A DNA stretch of 64,000 nt from Botryllus schlosseri (Eukaryota), in assembly GCA_051294905.1 (NCBI GenBank), contig CM119372.1:36952001-37016000 (forward strand), given 5' to 3'. Below are positions 45,301 through 60,300 of this stretch, one piece after another. The translations under genes and the position numbers were made by a program. Numbering within the stretch: position 1 is the first letter of the stretch; each line of letters opens with the position of its first letter. Under the pieces are notes generated by a model. It was not told the DNA's origin and ran no database searches. It was given only the letters and a program-made list of their open reading frames with translations.

Positions 45301-48300
45301 TACATTCCATATCTTACACAGTGCAGCTACAAAGTCACTTTTTGATGTTGCCACATATCCTTGATCTCGGTCAGCTAAAGCAAACAGACTTTTGGCAGAT
45401 GATAAAGATATTTGACAGCATAGCATTTTACCATGATCGGAGGCCCTAGATTAGGAACGATTCTTGCCAAAGATGAAGAATTGCTAGTTGAACTCAGGCA
45501 ACAAGAAATAAAACTGAACTGCTAGAGGTACACCACAGCAGCAACTGGCCAAGTAAACATACAGAGAACTCTTCTGTATCTGCACAAGCAGCTGATTCTC
45601 AACATGGCCGTGATTTTGAAGTTCCGCAATATTAATCCGATCATTCATCAAATTTACTACACTGAAGGTCACTGTAAACCAAATAAACAACAGAGAGCTC
45701 TGCCAGGTTTTTGATCGTTGATTTGCTTGAGACTACTTCTTCGTTCACATTGATTGGATGATGGTAGAACACCATTAGACGAGTCTTCCTGTTTCAGAAT
45801 GGCATAGGTATCCGCATTTCATGAGTGCTCGGGAATTCGTGAATAATGGTCAAGTACGCAAAGATCCAGCAGAATGTATGATCAAAGTAAATACCGAACA
45901 CGCTATGTACATACAAGACGACAGAAAACAGCAAGCCTGTCTCTTGCAACCCGTGGAAGATCTCCGGCAAAGAGTTCAAAATTTGAAAAATCCACCTATT
46001 AATCTGATTGGTATTGGAGAATCTTCTCAAAATAATCCATTTGTTTGTTATGTTGTGTCACTACGCTATCCATTTGCCCGTAATGTTCTTACGTTTCATT
46101 GAATAATAAGATATTTACAATGTCGCTGGGCGATTGGATGGTGCTTTTACAGTAGTATTCTTTTACATGGTGAATCGTGCAAAATGATGCTCAGTTTTAG
46201 GTAAGTTTGAGGATTTCCCATGCAGTGTGCAGTATGAAAATGGTGTCCTGAACTCGGAAAAATATCTACAGTGAGGTTTTGCATCACCCCGAGCCACAAC
46301 AACTGCTCAAACCCTGACATATATGCAGAGGTGGTCTAAGTAGTCACCGTCGCTACTCAAGTAGAAGTAGGAGAGGTGGTTCACTGGTGAGTAAGTAAGT
46401 AGGTATTCTACGCTTATTTTTTTTCCCGAAACGGAAAACTGTCAAGTAGAAGTAGTCTTAGATCATAACTACTTAAAAAGTAGTGTGAGTAGGCAAAATC
46501 TACTTCAAGTACTTCAAAAAGTAGAAGTACTTTGTTACTGACGACCTCTGCATATTTGGCATTTTAGTAGGCTAAGTAAAATCGCACCACTCAAATTTTA
46601 GGGAAATCATCCATTTTCAGCCGATGTTCTTCCAGCTCAACATGCACGCGAATGTAAGGGATTAGTTACAGAAAAAAGTAGCTAGAATATGTTTTTAAGG
46701 CATGAGGCATGGGAAACGCTCTGAAAACCATGACTTTTTGAAAGTCGGTCAATTCTGAACAACCCTAATGCACAGCATATTCATGGCACGTTGATAGAAG
46801 CAAGATGGTAGTAGCCTATACCTGTCATCAATTCAATAATTCAAGCCAATACATCAATCAGACCATTCTCAAGTCCATGAGCCAGAGAAGGTCCCGGATT
46901 TATTATCGATTTACAAGTATTCGAACCTATTTCGTCGACAGGCAGTTATCAGTGGAATTTCCCTGCTATAGTTACACATACAGCGGATTTTTTCGTCGTT
47001 GCAATTTCAACTTTCCCACTCAAACAGTATTAATTCAAATTCTGTGATCCGAGATCCAGTCCACCTCTCACTATCGCAAGATGGTACACTTTTAGCGAGA
47101 AGGGTGTATATTTCCATCAATGTACCACCCCGATATAGGGTTGTGCCGAGGGATATATGACTGCGATATACCCATGCCACACAAAACCTGAATCCACCTC
47201 AGTCACATACCGCGGTATAAATCGACTAAAACATATTAATCTAAGTATTGCATGCAAATAGGTACGTAGGAAGGTATGTGCGTAGGTACGAGGGATATAT
47301 GACTGCGATATAATTCTGAGTTAGGATCTGGTTTCGTGTACCATATTTTTCGGACCTCGAAGTGTGAAGACACCCTTTTCGCTAAGATTGTAGACTACTT
47401 ACATCATCCAATACATTCCTCGCAAATATGGCCATCGCATTTCGAAAATCCCCACGCATTTCATTTGCAACTCTCACGAAGTCGGTCGTTTTCAATGAAA
47501 TATTCAATCCGGCTGCAAGCTCAAAGAACACCTTGGGATCGTCTACAAGTAAATATAGGTCCCATTTAGTATAGTTCAATGCAAGATACAATATATGAAT
47601 AGTTCATGCTGCGCAACAGGTTCAAGATATTTATTGTCAACGCCATCTCTGGCTAGTAGAATATTTGTTAGATATCAAACAAATTTCTTCGTCAATTCTA
47701 CAAGCATATGATGATGCAATTGATTAGAAATCTGAACGCGAAACTGTTACCTTGGTCACTTCGATTCAATGGTTGCACTTTTTGTGGTACTAACGTTATG
47801 GATCCCTAGTGAAATTGAAAAATGTCATGCAGGGAACATTAGGTTAAGATTCACGACAAATATGTCTCTATATAGGTTTCGACAATAATTATTTCAATGC
47901 TTCTGTCCATGATCTGCGATCAGTGCTCAACTGCTCATGCACGAATCCGGTTAATAATCTCCCTAAATAACTGCAATATTGAGTGTAGGCTACAATATTC
48001 CTACCAATGTTCGCTCGTGAACCACAGGTACTCATCTTCATCGGCGGATAATGCATGATAAATGCTACACACATCTCACTTGTTGTTGGTAGGCCTCCCT
48101 TAAACATATAAGAACAATTCAGCTTGAAACTACTGGTAAACTGTTTCATAAAATATGCTTGGAAAAATAGATCTACCCACAGTTGTGACTTTCTTCCTAT
48201 TCGCAGTTGAGTAGTCACATTCCAAGGTCAAGGAGTCTCCCCTTTTCAGTATTATGGGCTCTTCAAAGTATTGCGTCTCCTGATAGACGAAATCGTAATA

Positions 48301-51300
48301 TTCATCTCGTGCCATCGCCTGTAGTTCCATTCCATTCCTATGATGACCCATATTAAGGGCAATAAATGAGATAATAGTCGGCAACGGCATTCAATTTTGG
48401 TCACTGATGTGGCTCCAGAATCATTATTACTATTAGTATTGGTATTGTAAAAAGTAGTAGTGTTGCTTATCTTCCATAAGGAAATGGTGCGCCACCGTGG
48501 CACGGTCGGTAATTACCTTCTTGGAGGTACCGAACTTGAATATACAATTGAATGGTATATTCATATTGATATAAACCCGAATATTTTTGGCTGACACTCG
48601 TCAGGGGTAAACGTCAGCAACTAGAATTGGAAAGAAATTTTTTTATCAGCAATCGTATCAGCAATATCAGCAATGGTATAAGTTACTTCATAACATAATT
48701 TAGCTTTTATTATACGGGTCTTGGGAATCAGAACACCATCAAAACTTGCGAAAGTATATTTAAGGAGTTGCCGAAATAGGATAAAGTATTCAAAGGACAG
48801 TAAACAACATGTCACAACTGATACGGAAATTACAAGCAATAAAAGTATTAAAATCGACTGAAGCATCATATCTTTGAAACACATCGACTAAAGTTGCATC
48901 ACAAATGTGCAAGTTTGAAGCTGTATGCTGTGATAGAAATATCGAAGCTATGCCGATATGCTCTTACACGTTCCAATGAAGCAAATAGTCCTAATACGAA
49001 ATCTAACCTCTATGGTGCATACTACTATAGCATATCCTTGAAAAGCATGTTCGGGTAATTCATCTTACTCGGCAAACATATATTTACAGGTTACCTGTAT
49101 AATGGATATCTGCTACAACCGATCGCCACTAAGCACATCTGCAAATCAATGCGACAATATAGCTAAAACCAAATGTAAATAGTAGCCCACTGCTTTAGCT
49201 GTTTTATATCCTTCTTTTTATGTTTCTGCCTCAACCTGTACACGAGTACGGAAGATATCGACTGTGGACGCTGTTTGTTTGTGGTATTCATGGTGTTTGT
49301 CGACTACCATGATCATTTACACCGAACCGATATTCTTCATTTTTAATCCGTAGCCGCCGACTTGTAGCACGGCCCACATCTAGGCTTTTGAATAGTATAT
49401 TCATATTGAAATGAACCTGAATATTTCGGCTGACTAGTGTCAGCTATAAATATATATAGTGTTCAATTTTATATTGAAGTTCTGTACCTCAGAGAAGCTC
49501 TTCTGGGCTCTTATGAAAACCCCACACATCAATAAGATGGTGAGGCGGAGCCTAGATAAACCTTCAACACGTAGATAAAAATTCTGGAGTCAACCACCGT
49601 CGGACTCGAGCCTCAACCCATGGGTGTTGCAACTGTGGATTATAACGCTACGGATTGTGGACGCATTTAAATCATATGCTAAATCATCAAAAGTATCAGC
49701 ACGCAAATCAATTCGATTCCTGAAAGAAAGTACTCGTAATACCTGAAATGGCGAAGTCTCATCGATCGGCCAGCTAGATGGGAATGAAAGAAGACTCCGA
49801 AGACTTTTACTTCAGACACGCCCGCTTTTTCCATTCCCTTCGAAAATGGTAGCAATTAACTTTCATGTATAATGCAATCCTCAACCCCATCATTAAGTGA
49901 TCCCCACAAAGCCTTTTAGAATGAACTCCGCCTAATAATTATTAGTCTAAATAAAATGTAGGAATAGTTCAGAAATACGCGCTGCTATCCCGTGTCACAG
50001 ACAAAACATGTTATTTGCATCAACATCAATAGCAAAGACGCAAATCAACCAGGTTTGAAGTTTTCGGAATAAAAAATGGACATATATGACTTTCATCGCG
50101 TTTGTTTCGAAAATCATAGAAATAGAAAAGTGTCGGTGGTTCCTATCTGGGGAGCGTACGCCTGATATTTCCAAGATGCTCGATGGTCCTGGCGTATACT
50201 GCAACCGAATCCCGAGTTCCAAACAACGCACCCACCAGATTCGAAAGTACGTATAAATACAGCATTCACCCCTTACCTACCCATAACAAGAAATTCAAAT
50301 CATGGATTGAATTGAATTACTGCATCATAATGATAAAAAAAAGTTATTTGCGTCTGGTTTGAGCTTTTCTCGTTGCGTCTCGGTTCAAATTTAAATAATC
50401 GGGGTATCAGTTGATGCGCTATCAGTTGATGCGCTATTTCCCAATGATCGCTTCCAAATGTCTGTTGAGAATTTTAGAGAATGTTAAGAGCCTGATTTAT
50501 CTAATATACATACAAAGCAGATGAGACCCGAGAGCTAGCAAATTTGTTAAAACCAGGGGTGACGTTATTAATATTTCCGATAATAGTTGTTATTAAATAT
50601 ATGTAAATCATTACTTCAGGCTGCGTATCTGAGGTCGGTCACAAATTTTGTTTTCGCCCTCACCTGTTGTTATTAAGACGACGTCAGTTCTGGAAATAGA
50701 GTAAGTTGAAGAAGAGTTACCCTGTTGATTAAATTGAAGCCTAAATTAAGGATTTGGAAGCAATGGAGCAATGTCAACTATTCTACCTAGTGCTGTCATC
50801 CACATTTTCTTTTATCTTCATTTTATTGTTGGTTTTTTCTTTAAATTGATATACATGTACTTTTATCGATGGGAAGTGATAGCGGTCGATGAAGCACATT
50901 TTTCCAAGGAGGCGTCAAGTAGAAAAGGTTACAAACCATTGGTTTGGAACTGCATATTTGTCTACAAACCCTTTGTACTTCTCTGTCCATATGCCTCTCT
51001 TCCACGTTGATTGCGGCACGATATCGTTGACTTTTGTTAGCAATCATAATAACAATACCTTGGATACACATTCTTCCCTGCAATGTCCTCCAATCCTGTA
51101 TCTACCAGCGCCTGGAGGGACCCATATCGTTGGCAGAGTTTGAGAAACGTCGAATATCGATGATAGAACTTCTGGTTTCTCTCGTACGAATGACAGTCTC
51201 ATCCCAGAATTATCAAAGAATTCTAGTAAAAATCGCAGAGGGTCAATGACGGATAACTACAGGTTTACCCATTTCTACAAATTACTACTTCCAATTCCAC

Positions 51301-54300
51301 CTAACAGTTTTTTGACCAAACAACTTTTTAAATTTTAAATTTTGTAAAGTATATCTAGAGAGTAATTTTGTGACATGCTTACATTACATTATGAATGAAA
51401 TATCATGACAACTTGGGAGAAGAGTCCATGTATGATGGTAACCCAATCAATAACTGCCTAAAGTATGTGACTCACTGACAGAAGTGGTCAGTAACGAAGT
51501 ACTACTACTTTTTGAAGTACTTGAAGTAGATTTTTCCTACTCACACTACTTTTTAAGTAGTTATGATTTTAGACTACTTCTACTTCTTCTTGACAGTTTT
51601 CAGTGTTGTAGCCAAAAATAAGCGTAGAATACCTACTTACTTACTTAATTGTGAACCACCACTCCTACTTCTACTTGAGTAGAAATCCCGGCGTTACTTC
51701 TACTTCTACTTGAGTAGCGATGGTGACTACTTTGACCACCTCTGCTCACTGACCAAATCTACTTTATAACTATTCACATGAGTACTTTTCATATCCTCAT
51801 TTTTCATTTCTACTGATAGTAGTAGTATTTGAAATTGATACTTCTATTTAAGATTAAAGAAAAATTTACAGCGTATCTTCTATTTTAACATCGGCAGCAA
51901 TGCTGAATACTTTGACCAGCTCTGATGAAATCAATCTTTGACATATGTCTTAAGCGGAACGATGTCCAACATCCATAGTCGCCTATCCCATCGATGTTCA
52001 TTGATCCAGCAGGATAACATAGGCTCTAATGATGAAATTCTCATAAATCCATATTATGCATACCCTTTTTCTCGGGGTTATCGTAATGCATCTCAATCAT
52101 CACATATTGCGGGTGGTCGAGTCCACCGAGGCGGTATCCGCTTTTTCGAGGATATCTCATCCCTGTCGAACCTACCGCCCACCCCCCTAGTAACTTGTTG
52201 CACCCCATCGAGAACGGGTGTATATCTTGATAGCACTGGTACTCTCGTTGAAGCTGTTCCTCCGTCTGCATGTATGGAACATTTATGATACGGGGCATGA
52301 TATTCGGAATCTTCGCCACTTACGATATCCACATCACAAATGTAGGTGATCATGTGATGCACATTTCTTTCGTTTTCTTTCTTTATGATGGGTTGCAACT
52401 GTAGCACGATGAAAGGTGGCATATCATTACTGTAGACGCCTGCGAAGCAACTGCAAGCGCAGCCATACGTATCATGCAGGGTAGAGGTCGGTACCCTATG
52501 GCTAGCGAGCCCTATAAGGCTCTTCACAGTAAATTATATGGATCGTCGATAACTTTGAGTAGCAATTAATTAGCATCTTATTTATGAATATTGCTGCAAC
52601 TTTTTGTAGATTATCACAACGGCCAAGATCACTATTTTTGTGGAAGCTGAGGAAGGTATTTGTGAGCTCACGAAATTGGCGTATCCAAAAGTTTCAGGTT
52701 AGGATCTTGGAGCCCTGCCGTTGAAATCCCTAAAATGTATGTAGTTTTTTTTTGTTATAGGGCATACGGCACCTCGAAGAAGATGGCGCGTACATAATTG
52801 CATGGTCTTTTATGAATTACCATGTAACATATATAAGGCGACTATAACTCTTTTGAGAAAAAAGGTTTCCCACTCTGGTAGGTGAGAAAACTGATTATAT
52901 TGCAAGCAATTGGAAAATAACCTAATTTCCAATCTAGAATGCACTTCTTGATGTTTGTTTTTTCTCTGTCAATGGATTATGACGATGTCAAATGCGTAAA
53001 GAAATTATCCATGCAACTCGGAGAGAAAAAATCTGTAAGTATCCTCTCAAGTGCAAATGGAAACCACTATTCAGACACACGTCAAAATTACTAAAAGCAG
53101 AAATCTAACACAAGACTTGTTTCAGGAGTAAGAAGTTTTAAGAAGATCATTGGATAAAAAGTCGCAGGCTTTGTCACTAAATCACGAGTTGTAATTTTCA
53201 GATTTTCAGGATTCATCGCTGCCACTAGCGCGTTATTGCGCCCTAATACGTGCGATGTTTCGATATCTAGAATCTAGTTTGTCATAGTCTAAAATTTACG
53301 CAAGACATGACGCAGATCCATAACAAACCACATTATCCTTGGCAAAACTTGAGAAGTTGAGTGAGTACTTTTCCGGATGCAAAAAGTGTAGCATTGGAGG
53401 CGTCAATACCTTGAACCTAACTCAACTTGCATAAATAGTGTAAGTAAAAAAAACTATTCGAAAAATCCAACACGGAAATAAGTATATTTACATACGCTTG
53501 TGACTGTTTCGCGGTCCCAATGCAGACTATACTTCACTCATGCCACTGCACAACTAATTATATCACTTACTCCAGTAGCGTAAATAGTTTCATTTGCCTC
53601 TGTTAGCTTAACGAACTTGCAGGAGTAATATGTCTCCACCGGGGGAACGCGGAAGTCACCTCCGCGCAGGTCGATATGTGATTCCTCTCCAGTATTCCCT
53701 GTAAAAATTTCCGCCGGGAAATGTAATGACTTTTTGTCAAGCCGTGATATTGAATATTAACGAATTTGAAACCTTAAATAATTGAAATATTGCAATATTT
53801 AGGTCATTGATTGTAGGCATACGTCTTGTCGAAGCAGTAGAGATGGTCTTTACTCAGGTTCAGAGATGTTCGGTGAAAGTGGTGAGCGTTGGCGCTCAAG
53901 TAACGTAATAAATTACTACTCATGTAAAAGAGTAAGGTGCTATTTATAGGAGACATGTCAAACCTACTTGATGTGAATTTCGAATACAAAAGTACAAAAA
54001 TTACCCAGGTAAGTAGTTTCAAAAAATATGCTTGGTTTTGACAGTTCGCGTACGTTAAGCAGATGATCAGAGGATCTACTCCACCAATCACAAAAAAGAA
54101 ATATTAACGTCCTAATGAAAATAAAGTGACGTAACAAATAGGAGCAACTAAGGAGAATATGTACAATCGGTGCAGAAACAATGCGGATAAACTGTACAGG
54201 TGAATCGAGGCCGGAAGACATTACAAGCTAATCAAAGACACGATTTACAATAAGTTACCAAGTTTAGCATCGAGAAAAGAGCAAATTATTCTGTTTCGAT

Positions 54301-57300
54301 TGTTATCAGGCCATTGTCGGCTCAATTATAACCTACACAGGATTGGGTGCAGTGATTCCCCCTTACGTGAACAATGTTTGTTGCCTGGAACCGTCGATCA
54401 TTATCTATTGAACAGTTTTATGTATGTAAGGCAACGTGCGAATCTGAAACGCAATATTAAAAATGATAGTATTTTTAATACAACAGAATTATTAACACGT
54501 AAATAGCCTACATGTTGGGGCATGGGATTCATTATGTCAAGAAAACACGACGCGTAATTTAAATGTTTATGTTTCTGAACTTGTAGTGTAACTACAAATC
54601 ATTCAAATATGTTTATGTAAGCCTTCGCCGATGCTTTTTCTCTCATTCGGTTATTTATTGGATGACAAGTTTGTGTAGCTGTCAAATGCGTGGGACGGTG
54701 TGACGCAAAAAGCTTTAATGTGAAAAGCCTCACTATTTCTTTTTCTTTCGTCTTTACCAATAATAAGAGTAATAAAGGTGCATTCGGTAGCAATATATAT
54801 ATTCTTATAAACATATATTCATTTTCCATGATATAGGGGCTTTTACACTTGGTTTTCATAACTATTTGACACATAAATCTGGTGAAAGCATACCCAAAAC
54901 CAATTATCAATTTTAAACAAAATGAAACCTGCAGAATGTAAGTACTTTTGCCTGAAAAGCTGCTAATTAGGAGAAGTAGTAAACCTTCTTTCGTACTCCG
55001 ACAAAGTAGAGGTACATACTAACGTGGCTACGGTTTTTTACTATTTCCATTTTCTCCTGAGTTTTTTAGACAAAACCACTGACTATTTTCACTTCTTTTT
55101 TTTATATTTTGTGAAGCAAAAGGAGCTCGGCAGATGTTTGTAATACTTTCAGGAGTGAATTTGACATAAGTTGCGATGGGATAGATGTGGAATATGTTTT
55201 GAAATATGCACCTAGTTGTATTGTCATTAGTCGGTATTCGTCAGTGACGAAGATACATCCTGCAACTTCGAGTATAGTCACGATTAATTGTTGGGAGTCT
55301 ATGCAGCCCATCGGCTAAATGTAACTTTTGATCTTACTCCAGTAATTTCCCAATTTTCATATTCTACTCCCACTCGAAGCAGTTTGGGAATGTTCCGAAA
55401 ATCGCTACGTCTACCAATAATCCAGTTGAAATTCATGGTATTACTTCTACTTGAGTACAAATCCTGACTATATTTAGACACCACTTGAAATCACTCAATT
55501 GATTAGGCTCTGTCCAGTCAGTAATGAAGCAATATGTTGGCACAAATACTATACTGCCAACAATATTTTATTCCTCTCCACAGGAATATTTACTCACCTG
55601 CGGACGCTTTGTATTCAGAAGGATATATCAGTTGCAGACTTCTGCCACCTGTATGACAACATGTCCAAAGCGTCACGGGTCGATATTGCGATATTGTAGT
55701 TAATAATTTGTACCTCGATTCCGGTGATGGTAATATCTGGAACTTGGGCTGTGATCTTTCAAATCTTCTTCCCCATACGACCACAGTACTCTATATGTTG
55801 ACGGCTGGCGAAAAAGTATCATCAATGTATCGCATGAGGGTGGAATACCGAGTACGCTTCCAATCAACCCATATTATCATATCTAAGATCGTAGTCAGCT
55901 GGCATGGATGAGGAAATCGAACGATATTTAGCATGTGGACACATTACTTCACCCTTACAAACGCCGATGACATGTCTTTTCATATGATGTACTATCAACG
56001 GAAAAGTTATAAAGCACTCAATGAATATGCTATATTCGTTCATGAAAAGGAAAAACAGCGTTGCTAGCTACATGTCGACATTTTTTGTTATACCTTGCAA
56101 ACAGAAAATACTGTTTTAGATCCTCGATATGCGAATGTTTGTTGATTTCAATTTGCAAACAATTTACCAGATTATAAAAATATGGAGGTTTATGTAGACG
56201 TCGATATCACCTTGTAATGAATGCGTATTACGGCTTACCGAGGGACAGGGGTGCTTAGAACCCTAAATTTGTTTGTGTTCTTTGCGTGAAACCGCCTTAA
56301 ATTTATTGTAATCATACATACTTCTAATTTAAAATTTGGGATGTTTATGACTAAAATAAGATGCTATCACTTTGAGCAACCTAATGTCTAAAAAGAGCTC
56401 ATCAGTTTTGCAAATGGTGCGTCATTAACATCAATAATTGAAAAGCTACCAGAGGACAAAAACAGGTCCGCCCGGCCCCCGTCCTGGTCATTCTTCAATT
56501 ATATCAAAAATAAGTGCTGATAATATAAATTATGGTGCTGCACATACTGATTTTTCCCACCAGTTGTACATCCATATCATCGGGGTTGCAAGTTAACCGT
56601 TTTCGGCGAATTGTGACTCCTGTATGAGTTCCATTTTCCCAGCCGGTCACAACCTCAACATTTTGTTCGTCGTCCACATCCGGCACCCCGTTTCTATCGG
56701 AATGGCAGTCCTGCAAATATCGATCGCAGCTCCTCAGCACCCACATATTTCAACTGTAGCTTAACATAGACAGATCTGCCATAGATATAGATCAAAAACA
56801 ATGTCAGACTGAAATTACTGGTATCAATGTGAATAGAAATAGCTCAACCTCGAAATTTGCTAATTTCATGACTATAAACAAAGTAGAACTACATATGCCT
56901 CATCACTAAGGCGTTTTGTCAAAATTTTGTCAAAATTGTATAAAAAGTCAGAAATTTTTTGCAACCTGCGTTTCGTTGGTATCATAGATGTTTGCATTGT
57001 CGGTGAACTTTTCATCTGACATTTTACGGCTTGCAGCCTACTTTATGGGCCTGCCGTTGTAGACGGTGCATTGTCTGCTCATTGTGAATCATAAACGGTC
57101 AAATAAAACGAATGGGTTGACATGGTGTTATGCGCAACGTATCGCGATATCTTCACTGACACGGTGTGTCGCCAGCACTGTACGCGAAACTTCAGTGTTG
57201 CCACCCAACAACCGCCGCTGTTGAACGTTCTTTCCCCATTCTTTTGCAAGCTACTTAGTAAGGACAGACCCCTTCTACTCGACAATGTAGGAAACTATTT

Positions 57301-60300
57301 TTCGTTGTACTGCAATAAATTTCAAATAATTGTCCCATAATGCATAATGTAACTACTGGAATTCTCCATAGGTCCAGATTTCACTAAAATAAAGTTTTTT
57401 TTCGTGTAAAAATTTGACGCTTTTCAGTCAAAAAGTTTTTTCAGGTCAAGCTACTTAATAAGGACAGACAGTTTCAACCAGAAATGAAGAAAAGTAGTAC
57501 AAGTCTAACATTGTGTGCGAAAAAACGCCTAATTTACTTACATGAGGGCAATATTTTGTAAAAATTAAGTTTTTTTAAGGTAATGTCAGAATTTTCATTT
57601 TTAGTTCCTGATTTTTACGTTTTTAGGTAACAAAAAATCGCCCTACTCATCACACTTTCTAGTTGTCGTGTTCTGTGTCCGTATACTCCTTGTGGCTATT
57701 GTGATCCATGATAACCCTCGGGGGACCAATACACAAAAATAAAATAATTACTCACAACTATAGAATTGCTACGCTTATATTGAACACTTCAAAGAGCACT
57801 GCAGCCATAGGGTCGAAATTGATCATGAGCAAGTCGTGATTTCTAAATTCTAATACAGGCCTAGAACCTTTATAGAACATTGACAATATCAAGAACTGAG
57901 TCAGTTGTGTCGTTCCCGAAGTCGACCACAGATGGGCGGGGAAGAGAATACTATGATCACTGATCAGTGATAGACTTTTGTACAGAAGTGAAGATGACCT
58001 TGGGAGCTGAAAGATCATCCTGAGGAATGATTACACTATCATGTTGGACAGTTTACACAAGCTCCATTGAACAGATAATCAAATTATAATCCCGTAAATC
58101 CATTAGTAAGCCATAACTGGGGAAGATCGCCTACTTGGTCCACAATTGTGGTACAACGGTAGACTATGTGCACTAGGGCTGTTCAAAAATAACTTTTTTC
58201 CCCGGATTCAATCCATTCACTGAATAAATGTCAGGTTACTCTAAAAAAAGCTGCTCACCAAATTTGATTCAATTCGAACAAGTATACGACTCCTCAGATC
58301 CAATTAAAATTTTTAATTTATTGGGTAAAATTAGAAAAAATTATTTTCAAATTTTTCTGTCGACCCCACGAAATTGTTGAGTTGTCTTCAAAGACGATGC
58401 AAAACAAATTTGAGTCAATTCCAAGCAGTAGAACCGGAGATATTTGAGTTTTTCGTCGATAATTTTACCATCAAGGATAATCCGAGAATTATCAACGAAA
58501 AACTCAAATATCTCCGCTCCTACCTACTATCTAAGATTAATAACAATATTAGGATGCAAATAATCAGCCATATAGTACATTTTCTGTCGGACAGCAAGAT
58601 TTCAGTATATGTAAGTCACTCACCAACACATAAGCACCGTCTTCTTTCACACCCATCATAATGATATCCGCCCCATTCATGGACACTGTACGGCCGAATC
58701 CAAGTCCTATCCACCCGGTAGTTGGCGCTACGATCTAGTATTTCACGAATATGACATACATGCAGATATTGGTGAGTTAATGTTACTTTATGAAAACCTG
58801 CATTGTAATGGTAGTACTATCAAAAGCCCAAGATAGCGTCACGTGCGTGTCTTCATCTAATATTGCGACGAACGGTAACGCCGGTTCCTGTTCATTCGGC
58901 CTGGTCAGTTTCGGTGATGTTGATTTGGCGGTTGCCGGTATGGATAGGGTAAAGATAGTTGTTGATCCGATATCTTTGAAAGCAAAATCGTGTACTAGCG
59001 GAAATATGAATGTAGCAGCATATACCTTCGGATAGAAAACTTTTGCAATTGAGGCGCATCCTCATATAATAAAAAGCAGCAGTTGTGGAATAAGAGTATG
59101 TATGAAAACAATCACAACACCATACACATGCCCATATTGGCGAGTCGCAACATTATGACCTATAACTAGGGGTAGTGTGAATGTGAGGTTCACGTACGCG
59201 TTATTTGTGTGGACTTCAGAAATCTGGATGTTCGCGCTCACAAGCGAACCTTGGTAGGTTCTGCACTGTGAACATTTTTCCTGTATTACAATTTTCCACG
59301 TCATTCTAACTTGTCTTAGGTTGAAATTCTTAACATTTCAAATTCTGACCACTCTCCGCAAGGCGCTGGCAGCATGAAAAAAACGCAGCACCAAACGAGC
59401 ATGCACCTTCAGCCTTCCGTTTGTGAATTTTTTGTGACTCTCTGCATCGAGCTTTGCCCGCAATCGCACAATAGCAAGAACGGAACATACAACATGTAGG
59501 AAGTCAGCGAATTGTGCTTAGTCAACATATCAAGGATATTCACTTCAACGAAATTGATGTAAAGAATGCAATGATATATAATGTAAAAAATCTATTGGGC
59601 GTACGGGATCTAATTTGATTTGATATCCTTATTGGATACCCTTATTGTATCATAAAAACCAAATCCATCCGATTGTGGTGTTGGCTACTGTATAACTTGT
59701 TTTTTGGGATATTATCTGGCGCAATTATAGAAACCGGTGTTTTCACTCTCAAGAATTTATTTGTCCGGTCTAGCCAAGTCCTCGTTGAAATTGTTGGCGA
59801 CGCAACGGAAGATATTGATTTTGTGGAATTATTATAGCATTTGATTGTTCCAGTGGATACATTAGGTGACGCTTAAAAGGTCAGCATATAATTCAGCATT
59901 GTTGCATAATGTGGCCCGGGTCGTCTCTAAGTATCATGTACATCGCTATATTACTTTACGAAAATGTAGGATTGGAATTGAGGTTCACGTTCGCGTACAC
60001 ACAGAACATTTCAAAAAGGTTCGCGTTCACTCGAACCAGAACCTTTCAGCGATATTAATTTTGAAACATTGTAAGATTTAGGCCGATGGTAGAATAATAT
60101 ATGACGGAATATGCCATAAATACTTCAATTTAGTAGCAATATAATACTAATCTGTGTTTATTTAATAGCCCGAGGGCCCTTTCACTATTAATGTGACTAG
60201 GTCACCTTATTTGACTGTTTGTAAATTCTAATACGAACTTCTGCAGAAGTTTGCCAGCGTAACACTTCAGGGCCGGTATCAAGACGACAATTCTTAAACA

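Noticed and set aside
46915-46965. Candidate exon 19 of gene B (EIPLITACRRNRFEYL)
   Set aside because: The phases are incompatible with E18 and E20; a better phase 0-0 exon (IKWTDEKRK..TTCLNQ) lies at 43471-43566.
52960-54945. Cluster of plus-strand GTAAGT/GTGAGT donors suggesting a nested antisense gene
   Set aside because: No chain of open, phase-compatible exons and no recognisable protein similarity.
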